Made by a program: the position numbers and the translations under genes. Below are positions 1 to 15,334 of a DNA stretch of 64,000 nucleotides, piece by piece (the stretch's first letter is position 1; each line of letters starts with the position of its first letter). This DNA is from Eledone cirrhosa (Eukaryota), in the NCBI GenBank assembly GCA_964016885.1, contig OZ024754.1:12958001-13022000 (forward strand), written 5' to 3'. The notes under the pieces were generated by a model. It was not told the DNA's origin. It did no database searches and saw only the letters and a list, made by a program, of their open reading frames with translations.

Positions 1-649
<649 letters not shown>

Positions 650-651
<2 letters not shown>

Positions 652-1738
652 TGGTGTCACTGGAAAGCTGCTGCAGTGGATCAAGAGCTTCCTGTCAAAC
701 AGAACCCAACATGTTGTAGTTGAAGGAGTCAAATCCAGCCCAGCCAAAGTCAGTAGTGGGGTCCCACAAGGCACTGTGTTGCGCCCACTTCTCTTCATCA
801 TCTATATTAATGACATCACTGACATCATCAAACACAGCAACATTAACATTTTCGCTGATGATTTCAAGCTCCAAAAGGTCATCAATGGCGTGGATGACCG
901 GATAAGCCTTCAGTCAGACCTACTGGCTGTTACCCAATGGGCGGAAAAGAACAACATGTTACTGAACGAAGACAAATTCGAACTGATCCACTTTGGAAAA
1001 GAGGATGCCCTGAAACTCCCGTACTCCCTTCCCTCTGGGGAAACTCTCGTGGCATCTAACAACATCAGAGACTTGGGAGTAACCGTGGACAGCAACATAA
1101 GCTGGGCCACGCATATAAGCAGCAAAGTTGACATGGCCCGCAGAATGTGTTCCTGGATCCTCAGAACCTTCCAGTCGAGAGATTCCCACACCGTTATCCT
1201 TCTCTTCTCTACTTTTGCCCGACCACACCTTGAATACTGTTGTCCACTGTGGTCTCCCCACACGAAACAAAGTATCATGAAACTTGAAGCTCCTCAAAGG
1301 GCAATCACGAAAAAGATAGATGGCATGTCAGACCTTGACTACTGGGGTCGACTAGAAAAGCTGAAACTTTACTCACTCCAACGTCGCCGTGAGCGTTATA
1401 TTATCTGCATGATGTGGAAAATGTTCCATCATCACTGCCCAAATGATGTTGGCATAGCCTTCAAGATACACCCAAGGCTTGGGCCCCGTGCTATCCGTCC
1501 CATACAAAAATCTAAATCGCAACTCATAACAACAATACGGCACAATTATTTCACCTCAATTGGTCCTGCTCTCTTCAACATCACATCAGGACACGTCAAA
1601 ACAGAAACTGACCACACAAAATGCAAGAAGTCTTTGGACAAATTCCTCCAAGTAATCCCGGACAAACCACCCACACCCGGATATGTCTCCGCAAACAGTA
1701 ATTCTCTTCTCGAATGGGCCATGGTGCCCAAATCCTGA
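650..1738 (+). CDS. Reverse transcriptase C-terminal portion of LINE ORF2 (no genuine start; tail of ORF 80..1738)
   Basis: Uninterrupted frame [15 protein letters not shown]...[10 protein letters not shown]. Confidence 0.88.
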
Positions 1739-1823
1739 ATTGAAAGACTTCGCCAGGTGGTGCTATTAAGTTAGACATGGCCTGGGCCAATACTGGCCAA
1801 AGCATTTCAAAGTTATTCAAAGT
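650..1823 (+). mobile_element. 5'-truncated non-LTR retrotransposon (CR1/L2 group), 3' part of ORF2 plus 3' UTR
   Basis: RT motifs [20 protein letters not shown] and FADD, then RPHLEY and LQRRRER. Short UTR ends in ttcaaagtta x2. Possible TSD tatatatgtatgtatat (635-651/1824-1840) is ambiguous because it lies in a microsatellite. Confidence 0.92.
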
Positions 1824-1859
<36 letters not shown>

Positions 1860-1988
1860 TATGTATGTATATATATATATATATGTATGTATATATATAT
1901 GTATGTATATATATATATATGTATGTATATATATATATATGTATGTATATATATATATATGTATGTATATATATATATATTATGTATG

Positions 1989-2043
<55 letters not shown>

Positions 2044-2048
2044 GTATG

Positions 2049-2115
<67 letters not shown>

Positions 2116-2120
2116 GTATG

Positions 2121-2155
<35 letters not shown>

Positions 2156-2302
2156 GTATATATATATATGTATATATATATATGTATGTATATATATATA
2201 TATGTATATATATATATGTATGTATATATATATATATGTATGTATATATATATATGTATGTATATATATATATATATGTATGTATATATATATATATGTA
2301 TG

Positions 2303-2337
<35 letters not shown>

Positions 2338-2342
2338 GTATG

Positions 2343-2373
<31 letters not shown>

Positions 2374-2516
2374 GTATGTATGTATATATATGTATGTATG
2401 TATATATATGTATGTATGTATATATATGTATGTATGTATATATATATATATATGTATGTATGTATGTATGTATATATATGTATGTATGTATATATATATA
2501 TGTATATATATACATA

Positions 2517-2566
<50 letters not shown>

Positions 2567-2580
2567 TACATATATATATA

Positions 2581-2614
<34 letters not shown>

Positions 2615-2646
2615 TACATATATATATATATATGTATATATATATA
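1824..2646. repeat. (TA)n/(TATG)n microsatellite
   Basis: Direct reading. Confidence 0.98.
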
Positions 2647-3319
2647 GTGATGACAGGCATTTTATCATATTTTAGTTTAGATTACATGATAATATATTTA
2701 TTAAATTCTAACTTGGTTAAACATATGGAAAAAGAGACCAATATTGGAAAGGACTATAAACGCCATAAATATTGTGAAATTTTGAGAGGAAGAACAAACC
2801 AGATCTAAATTATATATGGTGAGATGCATGCTATGATTTATATCCATATTAAAATATTCATGTTTAAGTATGGTTTAAATTTGTAAAGTTTGAAATAGGC
2901 TTTCAATGAAATATTTCGATGGAAATATCTTTAAACAAAACAAAATGGCGTAGGACAGAACAAAGGAGAGGCACAGAAACAAAGAAAGGAATCCCCAGTC
3001 ACTGAAGAGGTCACAGAGTGTGTGACGAAAGAACTATGACAATATATAAACAACTATCTGGTTGTGGAACCAACCAACCAACCAGAAATTTATAAATTTA
3101 TTAATTTATTAATTTATTATAAATTTATTATAATAAATTGAAGTGAAATCAACTGGTGCGTGTGTTTCTTATTGGCAACATGACCCTCCCAAAGTATAAC
3201 AATATCGGTTTCAACACACGATTTCAGATAAAGAATCTTGCTAAACAAATTCAGAAACGAAATATCTTTAAACATTTCACATTAAACAGATATAATTCTG
3301 ACTGTGATAATAATATATA

Positions 3320-3412
3320 ATTTGCCTTTTATCCTTACGGGGTCGATAAAATAAAGTACCCGTAATACATTGGGGGTAATTGCTGGCCTTGTGCCAAAAG
3401 TTGAAACAATTA
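3320..3412 (+). mobile_element. 3' half of tRNA-derived SINE (major family)
   Basis: atccttacggggtcgataaaataaagtacc...gctggccttgtgcc matches the full copies. Confidence 0.85.
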
Positions 3413-4284
3413 TTATAAATTATAATTCATACGTTATACTAATCTGCCAGTAGTTGTGACGAGCAAATATCTTGTTTCCTTAGTCCGACTTGACGAGCTC
3501 CACCCCACTCAAGTAATCGGTTGTGGTCTGGGATCTTTCGACCGACGTATATCCCAACTATGTAAATATTAATCTAAAGTAATTATTTAAATTTCATCTG
3601 TGTAGTCTTCGAATAACTGGAAATCAACAATGTTTATATTATCTGTGTTTATATTACGGGGCAATAATTTAATATTTTCATAGAAAAATGAAATGCGTGA
3701 TATATCCGTGTAAACACATATACCTATTCACTTAGTTTTAAAGAATTAGGTTAAATTCTAACATTAAATTTAATGTTCCCGATAGATTAGACATTGGAAA
3801 AAAGAACAAAAAATATTTTAATAAATGTATTGAAACTACTCGATAGATTTTTTTTTCTTTGTGTAAATATTCGTACGGTGCTGATTTAACGGTCAGCGTG
3901 TTTTTTAAAAAAGTAATAGAGTATAAAGCCTACTAATAAGATACTAAATACTAAGGGGTAATACTGAATATTTAGTTTCAAAATATTCAGGAGTTAATTT
4001 GATTTCGGGAATTGTATATGATATTTACAGAAAATAAATTGAAAAAATAATGAGATATATAGTGTATTGTTATCTTCATATATTAATATCTTAGAATTAC
4101 ATTAGTCTGTGTATAAATATATATACATTTAAATATCAATATGTCAACCTTTACCATACAATCTCACAGTATCAATTTTGTTGTTTTTTTCTGGGGGCGG
4201 GATATTTTTTTCAGTAATCAATGTAGAAATACGTAAAGGCAAAAATACCAAACACTCAGAATATATCAGGATATGTACGTATCT

Positions 4285-4410
4285 ATGGACTTACCTGTAA
4301 CACTTCATGAAGTTATATGAGCGTTGTGTTAACATATGGCGTGTCTTAGGCACTTTAAACCTGGTAGAAGCCCTCCGTCTCCACGTCTGGACACAGCTGA
4401 TTTCATCGAA
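4285..4410 (-). repeat. Dispersed repeat with conserved structured motif, copy 1 of 3
   Basis: Shares atggac..gtaac, aaacctgg, gccc and tctggacac blocks with 14165-14307 and 36285-36413. Confidence 0.6.
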
Positions 4411-4446
4411 AAATAAAATGTGTGTGTGTGTGTGTGTGTATTATGC

Positions 4447-4621
4447 AGAGGCGGAACGCGACGGCTGAGCTCTTGTCGTTTCAATAATTAGGTAGTTCCA
4501 AACTACAAGAACTCAGTTGTCGGGTCCTGACTCTTTATAATATAACCGTACTCTACTACCCCAAGTATCGAGTACTCTGTTGAGTAATAGTCTAACTAGT
4601 TTCAAACTGAATCCATCCTGA
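4447..4621 (+). mobile_element. Diverged family-D pseudo-LTR fragment (inverted arms plus tail)
   Basis: gacggctgagctc...ctcagttgtcgggtcctgactc and tactctactaccccaagtatcgagtactc match 4989-5182 and 50320-50510. Confidence 0.65.
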
Positions 4622-4626
4622 TATAT

Positions 4627-4686
<60 letters not shown>

Positions 4687-4941
4687 GTGGAATAACCCAC
4701 CATTACTTTTGACAGAATACTATTTAAATTATTAATTATTAGTTGTTTGACTGATTACTTTATTGATTCTATGTACTGGCACTCCATTTATCTCTATAGA
4801 AACAATAGGTGAAATTAGAGATGGAATTTGAATAACAACCTTGGATTCTATTTTGAATTGTATATATTAATTATCTTATGTTGTTTATTACATAACTATA
4901 TATATATATATATATACACACATATATATATACACACACAC

Positions 4942-4988
<47 letters not shown>

Positions 4989-5182
4989 GAAAAATGTTTA
5001 ACCCCGACGGCAGAGCTCAAGCCGTTTCGACGGCTATTTCTGGGCTCCAGAAATAGCCGTCGAAACGGCTTTAGCTCTGCCGTCGGGGTTAAACATTTTC
5101 CTATTACCCACTCTACTACCCTAAGTATTGAGTACTCTGGTGCGTTATGGTCCATATGGTTCCTTACCACACCTCCTTCGTT
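4989..5182 (+). mobile_element. Family-D head-to-head inverted pseudo-LTR fragment with the 3' half of a hammerhead
   Basis: Inverted repeat 4989-5100 centred at 5045; GAAA-cggc...gccg-TC at 5062-5084; tail 5101-5182; flanked by (TA)n. Confidence 0.7.
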
Positions 5183-5560
5183 ATATATATATATATATAT
5201 AGGTAGGACTAATAAGCAACTGCATCCAACGTCCTCATGAACCACGCCTGTTGAAAGCAATTTCGTGCATAAGAGCGGCAGTGCATAATATTGAGCCCTG
5301 GTTATAGCCGCAAAATACATATGAGACAACACAACATAGAGATAGAGAACATAGGACAAGAACGCGAGGACAAACACAATTAACACTAAAATGTCTTCCT
5401 ACTGCAAATAAGGAAAGATACGGTGAGGACGAGTCGTACCAATGGTCATGTCGAAAGGACGGAGATATAATTAAACTTTCGTCAAAAAGGAAAAAGAGGG
5501 TAGTGTAAGAGAGAAAAAGAGAGTGGGTAAGTTATCAGCTAGTCAAAAGAGTGGGTAGCG

Positions 5561-5606
<46 letters not shown>

Positions 5607-5625
5607 GTTTAGATGAGTTTATATA

Positions 5626-5661
<36 letters not shown>

Positions 5662-5664
<3 letters not shown>

Positions 5665-5820
5665 CATTCATGAGAAATCATCAGGAGCTTCCTGATGATT
5701 TCTCTCGAATGAAACAGTTCTAGTCCTGTAGAAGCTCTTCTATATTAAAACTTTTATACTCTGCTATGTATTGAGTACCTTACTTACTGCGGTTACCTCC
5801 GATTCAACCCGGAATAACTT
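5662..5820 (+). mobile_element. Family-B PLE pseudo-LTR fragment with short inverted arm
   Basis: 5662-5686 is the reverse complement of 5690-5714 (2 mismatches); same family as 10150-10422 and 38443-38635. Confidence 0.75.
5685..5737 (+). ncRNA. Type I hammerhead ribozyme (family B)
   Basis: gagcttc-CTGATGA-t ttc tctc gaa t-GAAA-cag ttctagtc ctg-TA-gaagctc; 7-bp stem I, GUA cleavage triplet. Confidence 0.85.
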
Positions 5821-5874
5821 ATATATATATATATATAATATAAGATCAAAAGATGGTTAAAGGAGTTCCATATA

Positions 5875-5941
5875 TTTTATTATGCGCATTTCAAAAACAA
5901 ACATCATCAAGCAATAATATTTGTGTTTTCATCAGATAAAA
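5875..5941 (-). ncRNA. Type I hammerhead ribozyme (family A, PLE pseudo-LTR)
   Basis: Minus strand ttttat-CTGATGA-long stem II-GAAA-tgcgca-TA-ataaaa; palindromic stem III/loop. Confidence 0.8.
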
Positions 5942-6935
5942 CAGGAGAACATGATATGAAGGCTAAAAAACACTTGTTGATAGTGCAGTTTTAAATCAAC
6001 ATATGAAAAGTGGTTTTAGATTGATGTGTGATATTGGGAAAAATATTTTATTTAGAGAGGGGGGGGGGAGAAAAGGATGAAAAGGGAAGGAGATGAGAGG
6101 GAGAGATGGGTGATAGAGAGAAAGAGATAGTTTTTATAACTGAGAGGAGATATATTTTTTACATAGAGGAGTTGAAAACCGTTGGAAGATACTGTATAAA
6201 TTAAAAATTTTGAAAATTAACGAAGGGAGGATATGTGCGAGGAAAAAATATTTTATTTAGGGAGGGGGGGGGGTGGAAAGGATGAAAAAAAAGGGGGGAG
6301 GAGATGAGAGTGAAGGTGGAGAGGGAGAGATGGGTGATAGAGAGAAAGAGATAGTTTTTATAACTGAGAAAAAGATATATTGTTTTAATATAGAGAGGTT
6401 GGGAACCGTTGGAAGATAATGTATAAATTAAAGGAATTTGAAAATTAACGAAGGGAAATTATGTATGAAGATAGAGAGAGAAAAATAATAATTGTGGGTG
6501 AATATTCTAACGTCAAAAGAAGAAATGTATGTATTGTGGCAATTTCAAAATTAGCGAAGAGAAAGATTGTTATGGTTTGTGTGTAGAAGGATTTGAGAAA
6601 AATAATGTGAAGTTAAAGTTTGTATATTGAATTGATATGTGTTAATAATGAGTTCGTTGATGGGGAGAAAAAAATAATAATAAATTAAGGATGAAATTGA
6701 GATTAAAAAGATTTATGATAGAGAGAAAAAATAATAATGATTGCGGATGAATATTCAAAAAGTCAAAAACAAATGTTATTATTTTACGAGAAGATAGAAT
6801 GAGGGTAATGAGTAAACGAGTATTATAGAGTGTATAATGCCCTTTAAAGTAAGGTAAGGTAGATGGGTATATTTTAAAGAGGTGTGTGTATATGTGCCTT
6901 TGAGAAAAGATTCTAAATTGATAAAGAATTGAATA

Positions 6936-8312
6936 TTAACTGTATACTTTGTGAAAAGTTCTATGGAATTTATGCAGGCAGATAGAAAACAAATCTGAGC
7001 GTCTGTTTATTATAGAATCTAGGTTAGAGATAATGGTAAATTTTTCATTTAGGCAGAGATTACATATTTTAGATAGAGAGCTGTTCAAGTATGAGGATGC
7101 AGAAGAAATCTTTTTCCAAAAGATGTTATATTTAATGTTTTTGTCTTTTAAGGACCATATGAGTTCTGAGAGAGCAGTGTTAGTTCTTTTAAGTTTGTAT
7201 TTGAAAGATAAATGATGATTATAGAGACGAGCTTTAAAAGAGGTGGAAGTGGAGCCAAAATAGGTGAAGGAATTGGTGCTAGTTATAATTTTACATTCAT
7301 AAATTAAGTTTTTATCGAGGCAATGGTTGTTGAGAGGACATTTATTTTTGATGCGGCAGTTGCAATTAGAGAGATTATTAATGAGTGATCTAGTGTTATC
7401 TATAGAAGGAATTGGATTGGAGAAGTTGTTTGCGATAGGAATAATAGGAATAATAGTTTCTTGATTTAGGGTTGGATTATGAACATTTAGCGAAGTTGTG
7501 TTTGACGTTGTATTTGGGTTTACAGAAGTTAGCCTAGGGTTTACAATGACGTCGGGAGTACTATTACTGTTATTATGAAATTCGATATTGGAAGGAAGAG
7601 ATTTAGTATTTAATATTTTGTTGTTGTGTTTAGAGATGATGTTGGAAATATTGGAGGATGTAGAATACGAAAATTTGATGGTGTGTTTGTTAAATATTTT
7701 ACTATAGATATGTGAGGGAGGGAAGCATTTATTTAAGGCACTAAAAAATAATTTAGGAATATTGTTATTAATAGAGATGGAGAAAGGAGCATTATACCAG
7801 ATTATGTTTTTGTATCTAGGTCTTTTATTAAAATTATTGGAATGGTCATGATTAATTATTCTACTGTAAGTTTTCCTAGAATTTGTTTCTTTATTATATT
7901 TGATTTTATCTGGATAGCCGGCTTTAGAAAGTGCGTTATTATAGTAATTGGCGTTAGCATCAAAGATGTTTTTATTAGAAGATATGTTAGATATTCTATT
8001 TCCAATATTATTAACTATAGCATTCTTGATATTGGTAGGATGGTTAGATTTAAAGTTAACATAATTAAGATTCTCATTGTTTTTATGGTAAGGGTAATAT
8101 AGGCCAGTGTCAAGATTAAGAGATACATCCAAGAAATTAGCTAGTTTCATACTATTATCAAATTCAATTTTTAGGTTATGTTGGTTAAAGAGATTACGTA
8201 TATTGTTCTTAATAATATTAAGTTTAACTATATTGCAATTTAGGATAGTAAAGAGTCCATCGTCACGATAAATTCCACCGCGAAGTTGAGGAATTTTCCG
8301 ACTCAAAGAGTT

Positions 8313-8315
<3 letters not shown>
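6936..8315 (-). CDS. PLE polyprotein, 3' part: RT (YRDD, thumb), CxC linker, GIY-YIG endonuclease
   Basis: [25 protein letters not shown], CNCRxxxxCPLxxxC, LIY...YFG...[23 protein letters not shown]; 5'-truncated with no real start. Confidence 0.9.
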
Positions 8316-8348
<33 letters not shown>

Positions 8349-8362
8349 GTTTAGATGAGTTT

Positions 8363-8957
<595 letters not shown>

Positions 8958-9134
8958 TTGCTTTCTGCGCTCATTTTTAAACAAACTATTTACATATATT
9001 ACGCACACATATTACATTACATAAACACAAACTTAAACACTAACTAATTCCTCTAAATTCATAACTCATCCACTCTTCTACTTCTTTTCACATTATATCC
9101 TTAATAACATTAATATTTTTATTTTAATAATACA

Positions 9135-9639
9135 TATTAAACAACTTTCTAAATAAATTAAAAAATGATTAAATAATCACCTGTTCAGACGCTGTTACCG
9201 ACGGTTTCATCATTCCGAAAGATTGAAAATCCAACGAATTTCCAATGGAAAGAAATGAATCAGCGACCTGATTATGCGTGTGTGTCATTTTAACGGCTTG
9301 ACCGCATGCGTTGGGCAGGGAGCATAATATTTACTTGCTATAAGGCTTGATACCTTATGGCGTGGAAATGGGGCTGTCTGAAGATTAATTTCTTTCCATT
9401 GGAAATTCGTTGGATTTTCAATCTTTCGGAATGATAAAACCGCCGGTAACAGCGTCTGAACAGGTGATTATTTAATCATTTTTTAATTTATTTAGAAAGT
9501 TGTTTAATAACCGCTTGCTTCGCTACTTTTATATTGTTCTGGTATCTCGAATTAGTGCCATTGAACCACATGTATTATAAACAACTTGAATATTTCTGCA
9601 AGTACATTGTACCTGTTGAAGTATCCATCCACTTCTATA

Positions 9640-9640
<1 letters not shown>
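9135..9640 (+). mobile_element. Inverted-repeat PLE-type fragment with a mutated hammerhead at 9373-9453
   Basis: Arms 9135-9262/9383-9509; gctgt-CTGAAGA...aAAA(GAAA in left arm)-ccgccgg-TA-acagc; tail to about 9640. Confidence 0.7.
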
Positions 9641-9685
<45 letters not shown>

Positions 9686-9729
9686 ATGTGTGTATATGTA
9701 TATGTATGTGTGTGTGTGTATGTATGTGT

Positions 9730-9761
<32 letters not shown>

Positions 9762-9810
9762 GTATATGTATGTATATGTGTATATGTATATATATATATA
9801 TATATGTGTA

Positions 9811-9841
<31 letters not shown>

Positions 9842-9945
9842 GTATGTGTGTGTGTGTATATATATATGTATATGTGTATGTGGGTGTGTCTATGGGTGCG
9901 CGCGAGTGTGTCTATGGGTGCGCGCGAGTGTGTGAGTGTGTTTTG
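9641..9945. repeat. (TA)/(TG) microsatellite
   Basis: Direct reading. Confidence 0.95.
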
Positions 9946-9959
9946 TGAATGTGTCTGTT

Positions 9960-10536
<577 letters not shown>

Positions 10537-10899
10537 TTGTCTGCGTGTGTCTCTATAAACATGTCTTTGTTTGCCTCAGTATGATTCTCTATATATTTCT
10601 ATATATCCGTATTATATTATGTGCTTCGATTTTGATTTTTCATTTCGAACATCCTGGAAAATGTTCAAATTTCATCTAACTTTAGATCAAGTCGATACGT
10701 CTAGTTAACTAATATTACTCTCCATATATACACACACACACATATCTATGTATGTACGTATATATAAAAAAAAAATTAAATATATATATATATATATCAT
10801 CATCATCATTTTACGTCCGCTCTTCCCTGTTTACAAGGGTGGGACGATATATATATATGTATACTTATATGCATGTATATATACACACACACTCACTCT

Positions 10900-10933
<34 letters not shown>

Positions 10934-10993
10934 CACATTTATGTATACTTATATGCATGTATATATTTATATGTATACTTATATGCATGTATA

Positions 10994-11043
<50 letters not shown>

Positions 11044-11048
<5 letters not shown>

Positions 11049-11453
11049 AGATTTGAATAGATACAGTTTAGTTGAAAGGAATTTATTGACACGTGTTTCT
11101 ATAACAGTTACATAACCTAAAACAGCTGCTATCTACAAACTTTTAGTTATGCAGACATTCAATATTTCAATGTTATTATTTACTGTCATTTCTGATGAAA
11201 TGACAGTAAATAATAACATTGAAATATTGAATGTCTGCATAACTAAAAGTTTGTAGATAGCAGCTGTTTTAGGTTATGTAACTGTTATAGAAACACGTGT
11301 CAATAAATTCCTTTCAACTAAACTGTATCCATTCAAATCTTTCTATTTTTCTCCGGATTACTTTTGGAACTACAACTGGAACCGTCGAGCAAACTCTACG
11401 TGAGCTGATAATCTACTGTGTGTAATATTTATATTACAACACAACGGAAAATA

Positions 11454-11456
<3 letters not shown>
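11044..11456 (+). mobile_element. Family-E near-perfect palindrome (11044-11345) plus tail; hammerhead with long stem II
   Basis: Centre at 11193-11196 lies inside CTGATGA; atgacagt/actgttat stem II; GAAA-cacgtg-TC at 11290-11301. Confidence 0.75.
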
Positions 11457-11551
<95 letters not shown>

Positions 11552-12121
11552 ATAGTTATATTTATGTGTATATATATATATGTATACTTATATGCATGTA
11601 TACTTATATATATATATATATAATAAAATGTGGAGAGGAAGCACATGAGTTAGGATATATATATATATATATATGAAACATTTTTATCTGCTTAACTTCA
11701 AGAACTTTGCCTGTAAATAACATTATTTTTTCTGTCACATTGACTTTTTATGCTCTACATTACGCCCGTTTATTTCTTTTTTCTTTTTTCTTTTTTCTTT
11801 TCACTTCATAAACCTTGTTTATAAATAACATTATTCTTTCTACACCTTCTCTTTAACATGTGCGACACCACACTAATACATATCACTATCATTTGATAAT
11901 GCATAAAAATGCTGAAACCGGTAATAGACTATTATTAAATATATAAATAGATAAATAAATGCCATGGTTAAATAATAAATAAATCAACTAATTAATACCT
12001 TAACACGTCACACAAAGTAAAACATTTCGTTTTAATCATTTTCTAACCCAGAAAAAAGAGAGAGAGAAATAAAAAAGGAAAAAAAAATATTTTTCTTCCT
12101 AATAATCGTCGCTTTCTCCCT

Positions 12122-12199
<78 letters not shown>

Positions 12200-12491
12200 T
12201 AAAATAACAGATTAAAGTTTAAGCAAAGAATCGCTTGTATGTATGTATGTATGTATGTATGTATGTATGTATGTATGTATGTATGTATGTATGTATGTAT
12301 ACTTATATATAGACACATACAGACTTAATTGCGTGCTTACCCCCACATCTCATCAACACGGAAAGATTTTATAATTTATATAATTCTGAACGTTTTTTGA
12401 AGATGTAATTTCGTATTCGTTAACGATCTTTTAGTATAAGGTCACTGGAAGAGGGCTTATATGGAAATGTCATGAGGTTTTTATAACCACA

Positions 12492-13485
<994 letters not shown>

Positions 13486-13535
13486 TAACACATATTCTAT
13501 ATTTCATGAATTGTCTTAGTAAATAATTGTAAATA

Positions 13536-14007
<472 letters not shown>

Positions 14008-14164
14008 CGTGTAAAAACCCACAACTGTTTTTGGTAAAGTGCGTAATACTCAATGTGTTACTTGTTACCTCGTAAATATGGAATTGAAATAGCAACACTG
14101 GTTTTCATTGTTTGATGTGTGTATATTCAATTATTAATCTATTATGCATGAATTCCTAATTCAT

Positions 14165-14307
14165 ATGGACCCGTAACTCTTATGTAAGGACTCATAGTTT
14201 CTGATATATCACAAGGGCCCAGAAGTGACCTACGCTGTGCCTTAACATTTGAAAACCTGGTGGAGCCCATCCGCTTCTAAATCTGAACACAATCGATTTC
14301 TTCCAGG
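14165..14307 (-). repeat. Dispersed structured repeat, copy 2 of 3
   Basis: Blocks shared with 4285-4410 and 36285-36413. Confidence 0.55.
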
Positions 14308-14334
14308 CAAGGAAAAGAGTCATTGCGATATAAA

Positions 14335-14492
14335 TGGTGAGGGATCGATATCGATGAGGAATCGACCCCAATACTGAAATGGTACTTCGTTTTACCGATA
14401 TCTAGAAGATAGAAGGCAAAGTTGACCTTGGCAGGGCCAGAACGAATGCATTTGTTCCGAGGTTTTAACGATTCTGCGAATTCGCCGCCTCA
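14335..14492 (-). mobile_element. Old relative of the major SINE
   Basis: ggtactt..tttaccga...gaaggcaaagttgaccttggc. Confidence 0.55.
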
Positions 14493-14559
14493 ACATAGTC
14501 AAAACTACATCACGAAAAATGGCTCTCCTCTCTAATATCAGAAAATACTTCAGTACTAA

Positions 14560-14925
14560 CCAATGTGATATCCTATATCACATTTAAAGAAAGGCCACTC
14601 GACTGGCTAACATCGTTCCACTAGTATTTGTTCCACTAATGTGCTGTCACCTCACACCGCCTCTTCTACCTCATTTCAGTGGTTTCTGATTCGAGGATCT
14701 TACCATGTCCCTTCTACTCCGGCTCATCTAACTCATTAATCTCTCAGCTTCCAGTCTCCCATGCATCCATATTATCTCCGGCCCCGAGCTGCACACTCAC
14801 CCCTACGCCATACTCTTCATTCCCAGAACGTTAATACTACAGAATTTCTTGGCTGTCTCTACTGCCTTTCCTGCAATCCATGACTGGAAAACATTTAAGA
14901 AGAACTTTAGCTCATCATCCCCACC
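14560..14925 (+). pseudogene. Decayed LINE ORF2 3' end
   Basis: Fragmentary LFY..F.G, SFIPRT and FP..D..FK-like motifs across frameshifts. Confidence 0.4.
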
Positions 14926-15241
14926 CGTCTGTGAAGAGTGAGGATAAAAAACACAGCAACATCTTCCGGAAAAAAAAACTGTTAGAAACAAAACAACAAA
15001 TATCACTTCTTCAAGTCCTAAGGAAAATTGTATCAAATAATTTCACTGATACATTGTTCTGTACGGTCAGCTCAATCGATGACTTCAGAACAAGTCTAAC
15101 AGTAGAATAGCCACGTCTTGAGACTTCAACATTAGTATCATCACAATTATAATAAAACATTTCGTTTCTGTAAGGTGATGACTATCTAATAATCTGTTTT
15201 AACTCTTGCAGCAATAAAGACGCCCACCCCATTTCTCAAGG

Positions 15242-15334
<93 letters not shown>

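Larger units (their letters stand above)
5836..8317 (-). mobile_element. 5'-truncated Penelope-like element (C-terminal EN, Hydra-like) inserted in (TA)n
   Basis: ORF 8315-6936, about 1.1 kb 3' UTR/pseudo-LTR with an internal duplication (about 6040-6460) and a hammerhead; both ends abut (TA)n. Confidence 0.9.

Noticed and set aside
6936-8315. Selenoprotein-type (Naiad) PLE
   Set aside because: EN is C-terminal and there is no in-frame TGA in the ORF
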